A stretch of DNA of 64,000 nt. It comes from Macrostomum lignano (lineage: Eukaryota). The notes beneath the pieces were generated by a model. The model saw only the letters and a list, made by a program, of their open reading frames with translations. It was not told where the DNA came from and did no database searches. The stretch lies in the NCBI GenBank assembly GCA_002269645.1, contig NIVC01000663.1, forward strand, positions 1-64,000. Direction: 5' to 3'. The position numbers were made by a program, and so were the translations under genes. Positions 23,201 through 37,500 of this stretch are shown here, one piece after another (position 1 is the first letter of the stretch; each line of letters starts with the position of its first letter).

Positions 23201-26200
23201 GTATGTAGAAAGTGAAGATGAGTATGTAGAAAGGGACTATTAGTATGTAGAAAGTGACTATTAGTATGTAGAAAAGTGAAGATTAGTATGTAGAAAGTGA
23301 AGATTAGTATGTAGAAAGGGACTATTAGTATGTAGAAAGTGACTATTAGTATGTAGAAAAGTGAAGATTAGTATGTAGAAAGTGAAGATTAGTATGTAGA
23401 AAGGGACTATTAGTATGTAGAAAGTGACTATTAGTATGTAGAATAGTTAAGATTAGTATGTAGAAAAGTGAAGATTAGTATGTAGAAAGTGAAGATTAGT
23501 ATGTAGAAAGTGAAGATTAGTATGTAGAAAGGGACTATTAGTATGTAGAAAGTGACTATTAGTATGTAGAAAAGTGAAGTTAGTATGTAGAAAAGTGAAG
23601 ATTAGTATGTAGAAAGTGAAGATTAGTATGTAGAAAGGGACTATTAGTATGTAGAAAGTGACTATTAGTATGCAGAAAGGACTATTAGTATGTAGAAAGG
23701 GACTATTAGTATGTAGAAAGTGAAGATTAGTATGTAGAAAGGGACTATTAGTATGTAGAAAGTGACTATTAGTATGTAGAAAAGTGAAGATTAGTATGTA
23801 GAAAGTGAAGATTAGTATGTAGAAGGGGACTATTAGTATGTAGAAAGTGACTATTAGTATGTAGAAAAGTGAAGATTAGTATGTAGAAAAGTGAAGATTA
23901 GTATGTAGAAAGTGAAGATGAGTATGTAGAAAGGGACTATTAGTATGTAGAAAAGTGAAGATTAGTATGTAGAAAAGTGAAGATTAGTATGTAGAAAGTG
24001 AAGATTAGTATGTAGAAAGGGACTATTAGTATGTAGAAAGTGACTATTAGTATGTAGAAAAGTGAAGATTAGTATGTAGAAAGTGAAGATTAGTATGTAG
24101 AAGGGACTATTAGTATGTAGAAAGTGACTATTAGTATGTAGAAAAGTGAAGATTAGTATGTAGAAAAGTGAAGATTAGTATGTAGAAAGTGAAGATGAGT
24201 ATGTAGAAAGGGACTATTAGTATGTAGAAAGTGACTATTAGTATGTAGAAAAGTGAAGATTAGTATGTAGAAAGTGAAGATTAGTATGTAGAAAGGGACT
24301 ATTAGTATGTAGAAAGTGACTATTAGTATGTAGAAAAGTGAAGATTAGTATGTAGAAAGTGAAGATTAGTATGTAGAAAGGGACTATTAGTATGTAGAAA
24401 GTGACTATTAGTATGTAGAAAGTTAAGATTAGTATGTAGAAAAGTGAAGATTAGTATGTAGAAAGTGAAGATTAGTATGTAGAAAGTGAAGATTAGTATG
24501 TAGAAAGGGACTATTAGTATGTAGAAAGTGACTATTAGTATGTAGAAAAGTGAAGTTAGTATGTAGAAAAGTGAAGATTAGTATGTAGAAAGTGAAGATT
24601 AGTATGTAGAAAGGGACTATTAGTATGTAGAAAGTGACTATTAGTATGCAGAAAGGACTATTAGTATGTAGAAAGGGACTATTAGTATGTAGAAAGTGAA
24701 GATTAGTATGTAGAAAGGGACTATTAGTATGTAGAAAGTGACTATTAGTATGTAGAAAAGTGAAGATTAGTATGTAGAAAGTGAAGATTAGTATGTAGAA
24801 GGGGACTATTAGTATGTAGAAAGTGACTATTAGTATGTAGAAAAGTGAAGATTAGTATGTAGAAAAGTGAAGATTAGTATGTAGAAAGTGAAGATTAGTA
24901 TGTAGAAAGGGACTATTAGTATGTAGAAAGTGACTATTAGTATGTAGAAAAGTGAAGATTAGTATGTAGAAAGTGAAGATTAGTATGTAGAAAGGGACTA
25001 TTAGTATGTAGAAAGTGACTATTAGTATGTAGAAAAGTGAAGATTAGTATGTAGAAAGTGAAGATTAGTATGTAGAAAGGGACTATTAGTATGTAGAAAG
25101 TGACTATTAGTATGTAGAAAGTTAAGATTAGTATGTAGAAAAGTGAAGATTAGTATGTAGAAAGTGAAGATTAGTATGTAGAAAGTGAAGATTAGTATGT
25201 AGAAAGGGACTATTAGTATGTAGAAAGTGACTATTAGTATGTAGAAAAGTGAAGTTAGTATGTAGAAAAGTGAAGATTAGTATGTAGAAAGTGAAGATTA
25301 GTATGTAGAAAGGGACTATTAGTATGTAGAAAGGGACTATTAGTATGCAGAAAGGACTATTAGTATGTAGAAAGGGACTATTAGTATGTAGAAAGTGAAG
25401 ATTAGTATGTAGAAAGGGACTATTAGTATGTAGAAAGTGACTATTAGTATGTAGAAAAGTGAAGATTAGTATGTAGAAAGTGAAGATTAGTATGTAGAAG
25501 GGGACTATTAGTATGTAGAAAGTGACTATTAGTATGTAGAAAAGTGAAGATTAGTATGTAGAAAAGTGAAGATTAGTATGTAGAAAGTGAAGATGAGTAT
25601 GTAGAAAGGGACTATTAGTATGTAGAAAAGTGAAGATTAGTATGTAGAAAAGTGAAGATTAGTATGTAGAAAGTGAAGATTAGTATGTAGAAAGGGACTA
25701 TTAGTATGTAGAAAGTGACTATTAGTATGTAGAAAAGTGAAGATTAGTATGTAGAAAGTGAAGATTAGTATGTAGAAAGGGACTATTAGTATGTAGAAAG
25801 TGACTATTAGTATGTAGAAAAGTGAAGATTAGTATGTAGAAAGTGAAGATTAGTATGTAGAAAGGGACTATTAGTATGTAGAAAGTGAAGATTAGTATGT
25901 AGAAAGTGACTATTAGTATGTAGAAAAGTGAAGATTAGTATGTAGAAAGTGAAGATTAGTATGTAGAAAGGGACTATTAGTATGTAGAAAGGACTATTAG
26001 TATGTAGAAAGGGACTATTAGTATGTAGAAAGGACTATTAGTATGTAGAAGGGACTATTAGTATGTAGAAAGGACTATTAGTATGTAGAAAGGGACTATT
26101 AGTATGTAGAAAGTGAAGATTAGTATGTAGAAAGGGACTATTAGTATGTAGAAAGGGATATTAGTATGTAGAAAGGGACTATTAGTATGTAGAAAGGGAC

Positions 26201-29200
26201 TTTAGTATGTAGAAAGTGAAGATTAGTATGTAGAAAGGGACTATTAGTATGTAGAAAGGGACTATTAGTATGTAGAAAGGGACTATTAGTATGTAGAAAG
26301 GGACTATTAGTATGTAGAAAGGGACTATTAGTATGTAGAAAGTGACTATTAGTATGTAGAAAGGGACTATTAGTATGTAGAAAGTGAAGATTAGTATGTA
26401 GAAAGGGACTATTAGTATGTAGAAAGGGACTATTAGTATGTAGAAAGGGACTATTAGTATGTAGAAAGGGACTATTAGTATGTAAAAGGGACTATTAGTA
26501 TGTAGAAAGTGAAGATTAGTATGTAGAAAGGGACTATTAGTATGTAGAAAGGGACTATTAGTATGTAGAAAGGGACTATTAGTATGTAGAAAGGACTATT
26601 AGTATGTAGAAAGGGACTATTAGTATGTAGAAAGGGACTATTAGTATGTAGAAGGGACTATTAGTATGTAGAAATGACTATTAGTATGTAGAAAAGTGAA
26701 GATTAGTATGTAGAAAGTGAAGATTAGTATGTAGAAAGGGACTATTAGTATGTAGAAAGTGACTATTAGTATGTAGAAAAGTGAAGATTAGTATGTAGAA
26801 AGTGAAGATTAGTATGTAGAAAGGGACTATTAGTATGTAGAAAGTGACTATTAGTATGTAGAAAAGTGAAGATTAGTATGTAGAAAGTGAAGATTAGTAT
26901 GTAGAAAGGGACTATTAGTATGTAGAAAGTGAAGATTAGTATGTAGAAAGTGACTATTAGTATGTAGAAAAGTGAAGATTAGTATGTAGAAAGTGAAGAT
27001 TAGTATGTAGAAAGGGACTATTAGTATGTAGAAAGTGACTATTAGTATGTAGAAAAGTGAAGATTAGTATGTAGAAAGGGACTATTAGTATGTAGAAAGG
27101 GACTATTAGTATGTAGAAAGGGACTATTAGTATGTAGAAAGGGACTATTAGTATGTAGAAAGTGAAGATTAGTATGTAGAAAGGGACTATTAGTATGTAG
27201 AAAGTGACTATTAGTATGTAGAAAAGTGAAGATTAGTATGTAGAAAGTGAAGATTAGTATGTAGAAGGGGACTATTAGTATGTAGAAAGTGACTATTAGT
27301 ATGTAGAAAAGTGAAGATTAGTATGTAGAAAAGTGAAGATTAGTATGTAGAAAGTGAAGATGAGTATGTAGAAAGGGACTATTAGTATGTAGAAAGTGAC
27401 TATTAGTATGTAGAAAAGTGAAGATTAGTATGTAGAAAGTGAAGATTAGTATGTAGAAAGGGACTATTAGTATGTAGAAAGTGACTATTAGTATGTAGAA
27501 AAGTGAAGATTAGTATGTAGAAAGTGAAGATTAGTATGTAGAAAGGGACTATTAGTATGTAGAAAGTGACTATTAGTATGTAGAATAGTTAAGATTAGTA
27601 TGTAGAAAAGTAAGATTAGTATGTAGAAAGTGAAGATTAGTATGTAGAAAGTGAAGATTAGTATGTAGAAAGGGACTATTAGTATGTAGAAAGTGACTAT
27701 TAGTATGTAGAAAAGTGAAGTTTAGTATGTAGAAAAGTGAAGATTAGTATGTAGAAAGTGAAGATTAGTATGTAGAAAGGGACTATTAGTATGTAGAAAG
27801 TGACTATTAGTCTGCAGGAAAGGACTATTAGTATGTAGAAAGGGACTATTAGTATGTAGAAAGTGAAGATTAGTATGTAGAAAGGGACTATTAGTATGTA
27901 GAAAGTGACTATTAGTATGTAGAAAAGTGAAGATTAGTATGTAGAAAGTGAAGATTAGTATGTAGAAGGGGACTATTAGTATGTAGAAAGTGACTATTAG
28001 TATGTAGAAAAGTGAAGATTAGTATGTAGAAAAGTGAAGATTAGTATGTAGAAAGTGAAGATGAGTATGTAGAAAGGGACTATTAGTATGTAGAAAAGTG
28101 AAGATTAGTATGTAGAAAAGTGAAGATTAGTATGTAGAAAGTGAAGATTAGTATGTAGAAAGGGACTATTAGTATGTAGAAAGTGACTATTAGTATGTAG
28201 AAAAGTGAAGATTAGTATGTAGAAAGTGAAGATTAGTATGTAGAAGGGACTATTAGTATGTAGAAAGTGACTATTAGTATGTAGAAAAGTGAAGATTAGT
28301 ATGTAGAAAAGTGAAGATTAGTATGTAGAAAGTGAAGATGAGTATGTAGAAAGGGACTATTAGTATGTAGAAAGTGACTATTAGTATGTAGAAAAGTGAA
28401 GATTAGTATGTAGAAAGTGAAGATTAGTATGTAGAAAGGGACTATTAGTATGTAGAAAGTGACTATTAGTATGTAGAAAAGTGAAGATTAGTATGTAGAA
28501 AGTGAAGATTAGTATGTAGAAAGGGACTATTAGTATGTAGAAAGTGACTATTAGTATGTAGAAAGTTAAGATTAGTATGTAGAAAAGTGAAGATTAGTAT
28601 GTAGAAAGTGAAGATTAGTATGTAGAAAGTGAAGATTAGTATGTAGAAAGGGACTATTAGTATGTAGAAAGTGACTATTAGTATGTAGAAAAGTGAAGTT
28701 AGTATGTAGAAAAGTGAAGATTAGTATGTAGAAAGTGAAGATTAGTATGTAGAAAGGGACTATTAGTATGTAGAAAGTGACTATTAGTATGTAGAAAGGG
28801 ACTATTAGTATGTAGAAAGGGACTATTAGTATGTAGAAAGTGAAGATTAGTATGTAGAAAGGGACTATTAGTATGTAGAAAGTGACTATTAGTATGTAGA
28901 AAAGTGAAGATTAGTATGTAGAAAGTGAAGATTAGTATGTAGAAGGGGACTATTAGTATGTAGAAAGTGACTATTAGTATGTAGAAAAGTGAAGATTAGT
29001 ATGTAGAAAAGTGAAGATTAGTATGTAGAAAGTGAAGATGAGTATGTAGAAAGGGACTATTAGTATGTAGAAAAGTGAAGATTAGTATGTAGAAAAGTGA
29101 AGATTAGTATGTAGAAAGTGAAGATTAGTATGTAGAAAGGGACTATTAGTATGTAGAAAGTGACTATTAGTATGTAGAAAAGTGAAGATTAGTATGTAGA

Positions 29201-32200
29201 AAGTGAAGATTAGTATGTAGAAGGGGACTATTAGTATGTAGAAAGTGACTATTAGTATGTAGAAAAGTGAAGATTAGTATGTAGAAAAGTGAAGATTAGT
29301 ATGTAGAAAGTGAAGATGAGTATGTAGAAAGGGACTATTAGTATGTAGAAAGTGACTATTAGTATGTAGAAAAGTGAAGATTAGTATGTAGAAAGTGAAG
29401 ATTAGTATGTAGAAAGGGACTATTAGTATGTAGAAAGTGACTATTAGTATGTAGAAAAGTGAAGATTAGTATGTAGAAAGTGAAGATTAGTATGTAGAAA
29501 GGGACTATTAGTATGTAGAAAGTGACTATTAGTATGTAGAAAGTTAAGATTAGTATGTAGAAAAGTGAAGATTAGTATGTAGAAAGTGAAGATTAGTATG
29601 TAGAAAGTGAAGATTAGTATGTAGAAAGGGACTATTAGTATGTAGAAAGTGACTATTAGTATGTAGAAAAGTGAAGATTAGTATGTAGAAAGTGAAGATT
29701 AGTATGTAGAAAGGGACTATTAGTATGTAGAAAGTGACTATTAGTATGTAGAAAAGTGAAGATTAGTATGTAGAAAGTGAAGATTAGTATGTAGAAAGGG
29801 ACTATTAGTATGTAGAAAGTGACTATTAGTATGTAGAAAAGTGAAGATTAGTATGTAGAAAGGGACTATTAGTATGTAGAAAGTGAAGATTAGTATGTAG
29901 AAAGGGACTATTAGTATGTAGAAAGTGACTATTAGTATGTAGAAAAGTGAAGATTAGTATGTAGAAAGTGAAGATTAGTATGTAGAAGGGACTATTAGTA
30001 TGTAGAAAGTGACTATTAGTATGTAGAAAAGTGAAGATTAGTATGTAGAAAAGTGAAGATTAGTATGTAGAAAGTGAAGATGAGTATGTAGAAAGGGACT
30101 ATTAGTATGTAGAAAGTGACTATTAGTATGTAGAAAAGTGAAGATTAGTATGTAGAAAGTGAAGATTAGTATGTAGAAAGGGACTATTAGTATGTAGAAA
30201 GTGACTATTAGTATGTAGAAAAGTGAAGATTAGTATGTAGAAAGTGAAGATTAGTATGTAGAAAGGGACTATTAGTATGTAGAAAGTGACTATTAGTATG
30301 TAGAATAGTTAAGATTAGTATGTAGAAAAGTGAAGATTAGTATGTAGAAAGTGAAGATTAGTATGTAGAAAGTGAAGATTAGTATGTAGAAAGGGACTAT
30401 TAGTATGTAGAAAGTGACTATTAGTATGTAGAAAAGTGAAGTTTAGTATGTAGAAAAGTGAAGATTAGTATGTAGAAAGTGAAGATTAGTATGTAGAAAG
30501 GGACTATTAGTATGTAGAAAGGGACTATTAGTCTGCAGGAAAGGACTATTAGTATGTAGAAAGGGACTATTAGTATGTAGAAAGTGAAGATTAGTATGTA
30601 GAAAGGGACTATTAGTATGTAGAAAGTGACTATTAGTATGTAGAAAAGTGAAGATTAGTATGTAGAAAGTGAAGATTAGTATGTAGAAGGGGACTATTAG
30701 TATGTAGAAAGTGACTATTAGTATGTAGAAAAGTGAAGATTAGTATGTAGAAAAGTGAAGATTAGTATGTAGAAAGTGAAGATGAGTATGTAGAAAGGGA
30801 CTATTAGTATGTAGAAAGTGAAGATTAGTATGTAGAAAAGTGAAGATTAGTATGTAGAAAGTGAAGATTAGTATGTAGAAAGGGACTATTAGTATGTAGA
30901 AAGTGACTATTAGTATGTAGAAAAGTGAAGATTAGTATGTAGAAAGTGAAGATTAGTATGTAGAAGGGACTATTAGTATGTAGAAAGTGACTATTAGTAT
31001 GTAGAAAAGTGAAGATTAGTATGTAGAAAAGTGAAGATTAGTATGTAGAAAGTGAAGATGAGTATGTAGAAAGGGACTATTAGTATGTAGAAAGTGACTA
31101 TTAGTATGTAGAAAAGTGAAGATTAGTATGTAGAAAGTGAAGATTAGTATGTAGAAAGGGACTATTAGTATGTAGAAAGTGACTATTAGTATGTAGAAAA
31201 GTGAAGATTAGTATGTAGAAAGTGAAGATTAGTATGTAGAAAGGGACTATTAGTATGTAGAAAGTGACTATTAGTATGTAGAAAGTTAAGATTAGTATGT
31301 AGAAAGTGAAGATTAGTATGTAGAAAGTGAAGATTAGTATGTAGAAAGTGAAGATTAGTATGTAGAAAGGGACTATTAGTATGTAGAAAGTGACTATTAG
31401 TATGTAGAAAAGTGAAGTTAGTATGTAGAAAAGTGAAGATTAGTATGTAGAAAGTGAAGATTAGTATGTAGAAAGGGACTATTAGTATGTAGAAAGGGAC
31501 TATTAGTCTGCAGAAAGGACTATTAGTATGTAGAAAGGGACTATTAGTATGTAGAAAGTGAAGATTAGTATGTAGAAAGGGACTATTAGTATGTAGAAAG
31601 TGACTATTAGTATGTAGAAAAGTGAAGATTAGTATGTAGAAAGTGAAGATTAGTATGTAGAAGGGGACTATTAGTATGTAGAAAGTGACTATTAGTATGT
31701 AGAAAAGTGAAGATTAGTATGTAGAAAAGTGAAGATTAGTATGTAGAAAGTGAAGATGAGTATGTAGAAAGGGACTATTAGTATGTAGAAAAGTGAAGAT
31801 TAGTATGTAGAAAAGTGAAGATTAGTATGTAGAAAGTGAAGATTAGTATGTAGAAAGGGACTATTAGTATGTAGAAAGTGACTATTAGTATGTAGAAAAG
31901 TGAAGATTAGTATGTAGAAAGTGAAGATTAGTATGTAGAAAGGGACTATTAGTATGTAGAAAGTGACTATTAGTATGTAGAAAAGTGAAGATTAGTATGT
32001 AGAAAGTGAAGATTAGTATGTAGAAAGGGACTATTAGTATGTAGAAAGTGAAGATTAGTATGTAGAAAGTGACTATTAGTATGTAGAAAAGTGAAGATTA
32101 GTATGTAGAAAGTGAAGATTAGTATGTAGAAAGGGACTATTAGTATGTAGAAAGGGACTATTAGTATGTAGGAAGGGACTATTAGTATGTAGAAAGGGAC

Positions 32201-33062
32201 TATTAGTATGTAGGAAGGGACTATTAGTATGTAGAAAGGGACTATTAGTATGTAGAAAGGGACTATTAGTATGTAGAAAAGTGAAGATTAGTATGTAGAA
32301 AGGGACTATTAGTATGTAGAAAGGGATTATTAGTATGTAGAAAGGGACTATTAGTATGTAGAAAGGGACTATTAGTATGTAGAAAGTGAAGATTAGTATG
32401 TAGAAAGGGACTATTAGTATGTAGAAAGGGACTATTAGTGTGTAGAAAGGGACTATTAGTATGTAGAAAGGGACTATTAGCATGTAGAAAGGGACTATTA
32501 GTATGTAGAAAGTGACTATAAGTATGTAGAAAGGGACTATTAGTATGTAGAAAGTGAAGATTAGAATGTAGAAAGGGACTATTAGTATGTAGAAAGGGAC
32601 TATTAGTATGTAGAAAGGGACTATTAGTATGTAGAAAGGGACTATTAGCATGTAAAAAGGGACTATTAGTATGTAGAAAGTGAAGATTAGAATGAAAAAG
32701 GGACTATTAGTATGTAGAAAGGGACTATTAGTATGTAGAAAGGGACTATTAGTATGTAGAAAGGGACTATTAGTATGTAGAAAGGGACTATTAGTATGTA
32801 GAAAGGGACTATTAGTATGTAGGAAGGGACTATTAGTATGTAGAAAATGACTGTTAGTATGTAGAAAAGTGAAGATTAGTATGTAGAAAGGGACTATTAG
32901 TATGTAGAAAGGGATTATTAGTATGTAAAAAGTGAAGATTAGTATGTAGAAAGGGACTATTAGTATGTAGAAAGGGACTATTAGTATGTAGAAAGTGACT
33001 ATTAGTATGTAGAAAAGTGAAGATTAGTATGTAGAAAGGGACTATAAGTATGTAGAAAGGGA
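17245..33062. repeat. 15.8-kb satellite of 21/22-bp monomers TTAGTATGTAGAAA(GGGACTA/GTGACTA/GTGAAGA/AGTGAAGA), about 740 copies, filling intron 13
   Basis: Continuous tandem array, recurring four-monomer (85-bp) order and kb-scale internal duplications. Confidence 0.98.
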
Positions 33063-33097
33063 CCATTACGAAAGCCAACAAAACCGACGTGTTCCAG

Positions 33098-33550
33098 ACG
33101 GCGACAGCCCTGGTGCAGATCCGTCTGCTGGATTACAACGACAACGCGCCGCGGTTCACCAGCTCGGGTGGCTTCAACTTCTCCGTGTTGGAGAATCTGC
33201 CCGCGGCGGCTCCTGTCGGCCGGGTGAAGGCCATCGACGCGGACGAGCCGGGCTCGGCCAACGCAGCCATTCGCTACTCCCTGCTGGGCGCCCAGGCGGC
33301 CGCCTACTTCAGCATCAACTCCAGCACCGGCGAGGTGTTCACTAGCCGGACCATCGACCGGGAGGCCACGGCTTCCTTCAGCTTCCCCGTGCTGGCCAGC
33401 GACGGTGGCATCCCACAGCTGTCGGCTAGCGTGGACGTCTTCGTCCAGGTGCTGGACGTGAATGACAACCCGCCAGAGTTCGACGCCAGCGCGGCCAGCA
33501 CCGTGGCGCTGCCGGAGAAAAGTCAATACGCTGACTTCCTGCAGCTGAAG
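33098..33550 (+). CDS. Cadherin exon 14 (EC6-EC8)
   Basis: TCCAG acceptor, LLDYNDNAP...IDRE...LDVNDNPP, donor GTTCGT, phase 0-0. Confidence 0.92.
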
Positions 33551-33564
33551 GTTCGTTTAGTTTC

Positions 33565-33565
33565 C

Positions 33566-33648
<83 letters not shown>

Positions 33649-33657
33649 CTAGTTAGC

Positions 33658-33707
<50 letters not shown>

Positions 33708-33729
33708 AATAGTCAGTTAGTTAGTTAGC

Positions 33730-33784
<55 letters not shown>

Positions 33785-33813
33785 CTAGCTAGTCAGTTAG
33801 TTAGTTAGTTAGC

Positions 33814-33876
<63 letters not shown>

Positions 33877-33965
33877 CTAGTTAGTTAGTTAGCCAGCTAG
33901 CTAGTTAGTTAGTTAGTTAAATAGTTAGTTAGTTAGCTAGCTAGTCAGTTAGTTAGTTAGTTAGC

Positions 33966-34024
<59 letters not shown>

Positions 34025-34049
34025 CTAGTTAGTTAGTTAGCCAGCTAGC

Positions 34050-34125
<76 letters not shown>

Positions 34126-34185
34126 CAGTCAGTTAGTTTGGTTGTTTGTTTGTTAGATAGTTAGTTTATTTGTTAGTCAGTTGGC
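33565..34185. repeat. (TTAG)n microsatellite (intron 14)
   Basis: Direct reading. Confidence 0.97.
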
Positions 34186-34215
34186 TAGTCGGAGTTACCA
34201 TGCCGCAATCCGCAG

Positions 34216-34719
34216 TTCACCGACCCGGATCTGGACCCGAACCGGGACAGCCGGTTCAAACTGCTGGCTCCCACGGACCTGTCCGGCATATTCGTCATCA
34301 ACTCCAGCACCGGGTTCTTGTCCAGCACGACGGTCCTGACCCGCTCCCTGTTCGGCAATGCCAGCAGGCACAACCTCACGGTCGCTGTCTACAATGTCCA
34401 GCCGCTGGTTAACGCCTCGATGCCCAACAGAACCCAAGTCATCACTGTCACACTCCTGGATACAAACGACAACCGGCCTGTGTTTGTCCAGAGTCTGTTC
34501 TCGGCCACTGTGCCGGAGGATCTGCCAGTTGGCCGAGAAATTGCCAAGGTGACGGCCAACGACAAGGACGCGGTGGCTCCGTACTCCACCATTGTTTACA
34601 ACATCACCGGGGGCAACGAGCTGGGAAAATTTCGCCTAGATTCGAGCTCGGGATCGCTGACCCTGTGGCTGGGGCTTAACTATGATGCGCCGGACTTCAA
34701 TAGGAATTTCTCAATCCAG
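34216..34719 (+). CDS. Cadherin exon 15 (EC8/EC9)
   Basis: CGCAG acceptor, FTDPDLD...LLDTNDNRP...LNYD, donor GTAAGA. Confidence 0.92.
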
Positions 34720-35407
34720 GTAAGAAGCTTCAAGGTGCGTGGAAAGTGCAGGCCAAAGCTGACAAGTAAAGAGAATCATATTTCAAGAATGTCAAACATT
34801 TTCTGTCACGTTTCCCCATAAATTAATTTTCCCAGTCCTCAACAGCGCGGCCAGTGTGTAGTGTTTGCTCAGTCGGGCCCACTCTCGGAGGTGCTTTATT
34901 CAGCCTTGAAGCAGCAGGAGAAGGAAAGAAAACGAAAAGAAAAAGTAAAGAGACGGATTACCCCAGCGGACAAGCGCACCAGATTAACTCCTCTCGTCAG
35001 TACCAGAGATGCTAAGCTAGTAAGAGAATTGTGGCGCGCACTTAAAAAGCACTTCCCTCAGGCAATCTGGGAACAGTAAATGTTCAGTCTGGTTCCCGCT
35101 GGACTCGGAAACTCCGGGGTAGCAGCGGAAGTTTCCCAGTTGCTGCGGCGAGGAGGGCCGAGCACTCTTGCACAAGGGCGTCAGCTGGTCTACCAAAGGG
35201 GGGAGTGGAGTGGGGAGTGAGGATTTTTCGCCCCGTAATAAATCCTCGCATTTTTTGTAAGCATAATAAAAATATTAAGTGGGGTGCGGCTGTTTTGGTC
35301 TGCACGTGTGCGTGTATTGAATAGTTTGACGGCAGAAAAGTTACCAGGCATTACTATTTCAAATTTCCCTGCGTATGCAGCAAAATATTTGTTTAGTTGT
35401 GTTCGTA

Positions 35408-35605
35408 TTGATGTACATCTGACCAAGCACACAGAGTGATTGACGTACATCTGAGCAAGCACACAGAGTGATTGATGGACATCTGACCAAGCACACAGAG
35501 TGATTGATGTACATCTGAGCTAGCACACAGAGTGATGTACATCTGACCAAGCGCACAGAGTGATTGACGTACATCTGATCAAGCACACAGAGTGACGTAC
35601 ATCAA
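35408..35605. repeat. 32-bp minisatellite GATGTACATCTGACCAAGCACACAGAGTGATT (intron 15)
   Basis: Tandem periodicity of 32. Confidence 0.9.
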
Positions 35606-35631
35606 ATGCTTATCTCCCCACTGGTGTCCAG

Positions 35632-35746
35632 GTGATGGCTTACAACCCGGTGCCCGATCCAGCCACCGGTTCGGTGTTGAACGACACGGCCCAGGTGCTG
35701 ATCAGCGTCACGGATGTTAACGATAATGCGCCAGTATTTGGACAAG
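35632..35746 (+). CDS. Cadherin exon 16 (VMAYNP...VTDVNDNAPVFGQ)
   Basis: TCCAG acceptor, GTAAAT donor, phase 0-1. Confidence 0.9.
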
Positions 35747-35969
35747 GTAAATTTGATGAGGCAAAGAGTCTGGGTCTAAAATAGGAATTGTTTAAATGAA
35801 ATAAGTGACTTTTTAATGTTATGAAGTTGCGCGAACTTAAGTGATAAAATGACGACTGGAAATTGTAATATTTGACATTAAAAGTTGCTTGCTTTACTAA
35901 TTTTTTAAGATTTACTAATTGTTTGATCCATTGGAGATTAAATCATCGATGGTTGGATAGACAGTTTGA

Positions 35970-36515
<546 letters not shown>

Positions 36516-36553
36516 TGATCGGTCTCTCAATTGATCAATTTCTATTTCCGTAG

Positions 36554-36994
36554 AATCGTACAATTTCGTCATCAACGAGACGCTGCCAGTCGGATCCACA
36601 GTCGGCTCGGTCACCCGCGCCGCCGACAGCGACTCCTCAGCCGACGCGGCCTTCATCGGCTACGAGCTCCGGCCCTCCGTCGGGCTGCCATTCAACCAGT
36701 CGGCAGCCGGCGACCTGCTCCTGACCGGATCCGTCAGCCGAGACGACGGCGGCCCGGCCGTCTACGCCTTCCAAACCGCCGCGGTGAACCGTCGGTCAAG
36801 CCCGCAGCTGTCAGCCGTGGCCAGCGTCACTGTCCGGGTGCTCGGCGTTAACAACAATCCGCCCAGGTTCGCCAGCGGAGCAGTCGGCTACAATTTCAGC
36901 GTCTCGGAGAACCTGCCAGCTGGCACCACCGTCGGGGCGGTGACGGCCACGGACAGGGATGGAGATTCGCTGACTTATTCAGTGCTGGGGACTG
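36554..36994 (+). CDS. Cadherin exon 17 (EC10/EC11)
   Basis: CGTAG acceptor, SYNFVINETLPVGST...GVNNNPP...ATDRDGD, donor GTGAGT, phase 1-1. Confidence 0.9.
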
Positions 36995-37258
36995 GTGAGT
37001 TAGCGACGGCTAAACGTGCTTCGAAAGTCAAGGACCATTTTGCTTTTTTAAAGATCTTTGCATCTTTAAAAACCTGGTTTAGCAAAATGCTACTAACCAG
37101 GATCAACTGTGCTTAACGCACAGCCTAGCTGTGTATGTGCTTTAGAACAGAAAAGAAAGACAGTTTAATAAAACAAAAGGTTCATTCTACACTACTTACC
37201 AGCTCTAACTAAGTAGCAAGTAAAGCAAATTAAAAAATCTGTCCGATTGCATTGTCAG

Positions 37259-37500
37259 ACCTATTCCTGGCCCAGTCGGGCGGCTTACTGGTCACCCGGA
37301 TCAGCATTGACCGGGAGAGCCTGCCTGTCAACCCTGTCGCATTCGCCGTCCAGGCTACCGACGGTCTGCACTCGGCCAACGCCAGCGTGCTGGTGGATGT
37401 CACCGACGTCAACGACAATGCGCCGCGATTTTCGCCGGCTGGCAGCGAACTGGCAGTCAGCGTGTTGGAAACAGCGGCTAATGGAAGTCTGGTGGCGCTG
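37259..37500 (+). CDS. Cadherin exon 18 (IDRE...VTDVNDNAP)
   Basis: GTCAG acceptor, GTGAGG donor, phase 1-0. Confidence 0.92.

Noticed and set aside
33565-34185. (TTAG)n as interstitial telomeric repeat
   Set aside because: The unit is a tetramer, not TTAGGG or TTAGG, and it is one of several tetranucleotide microsatellites in these introns.
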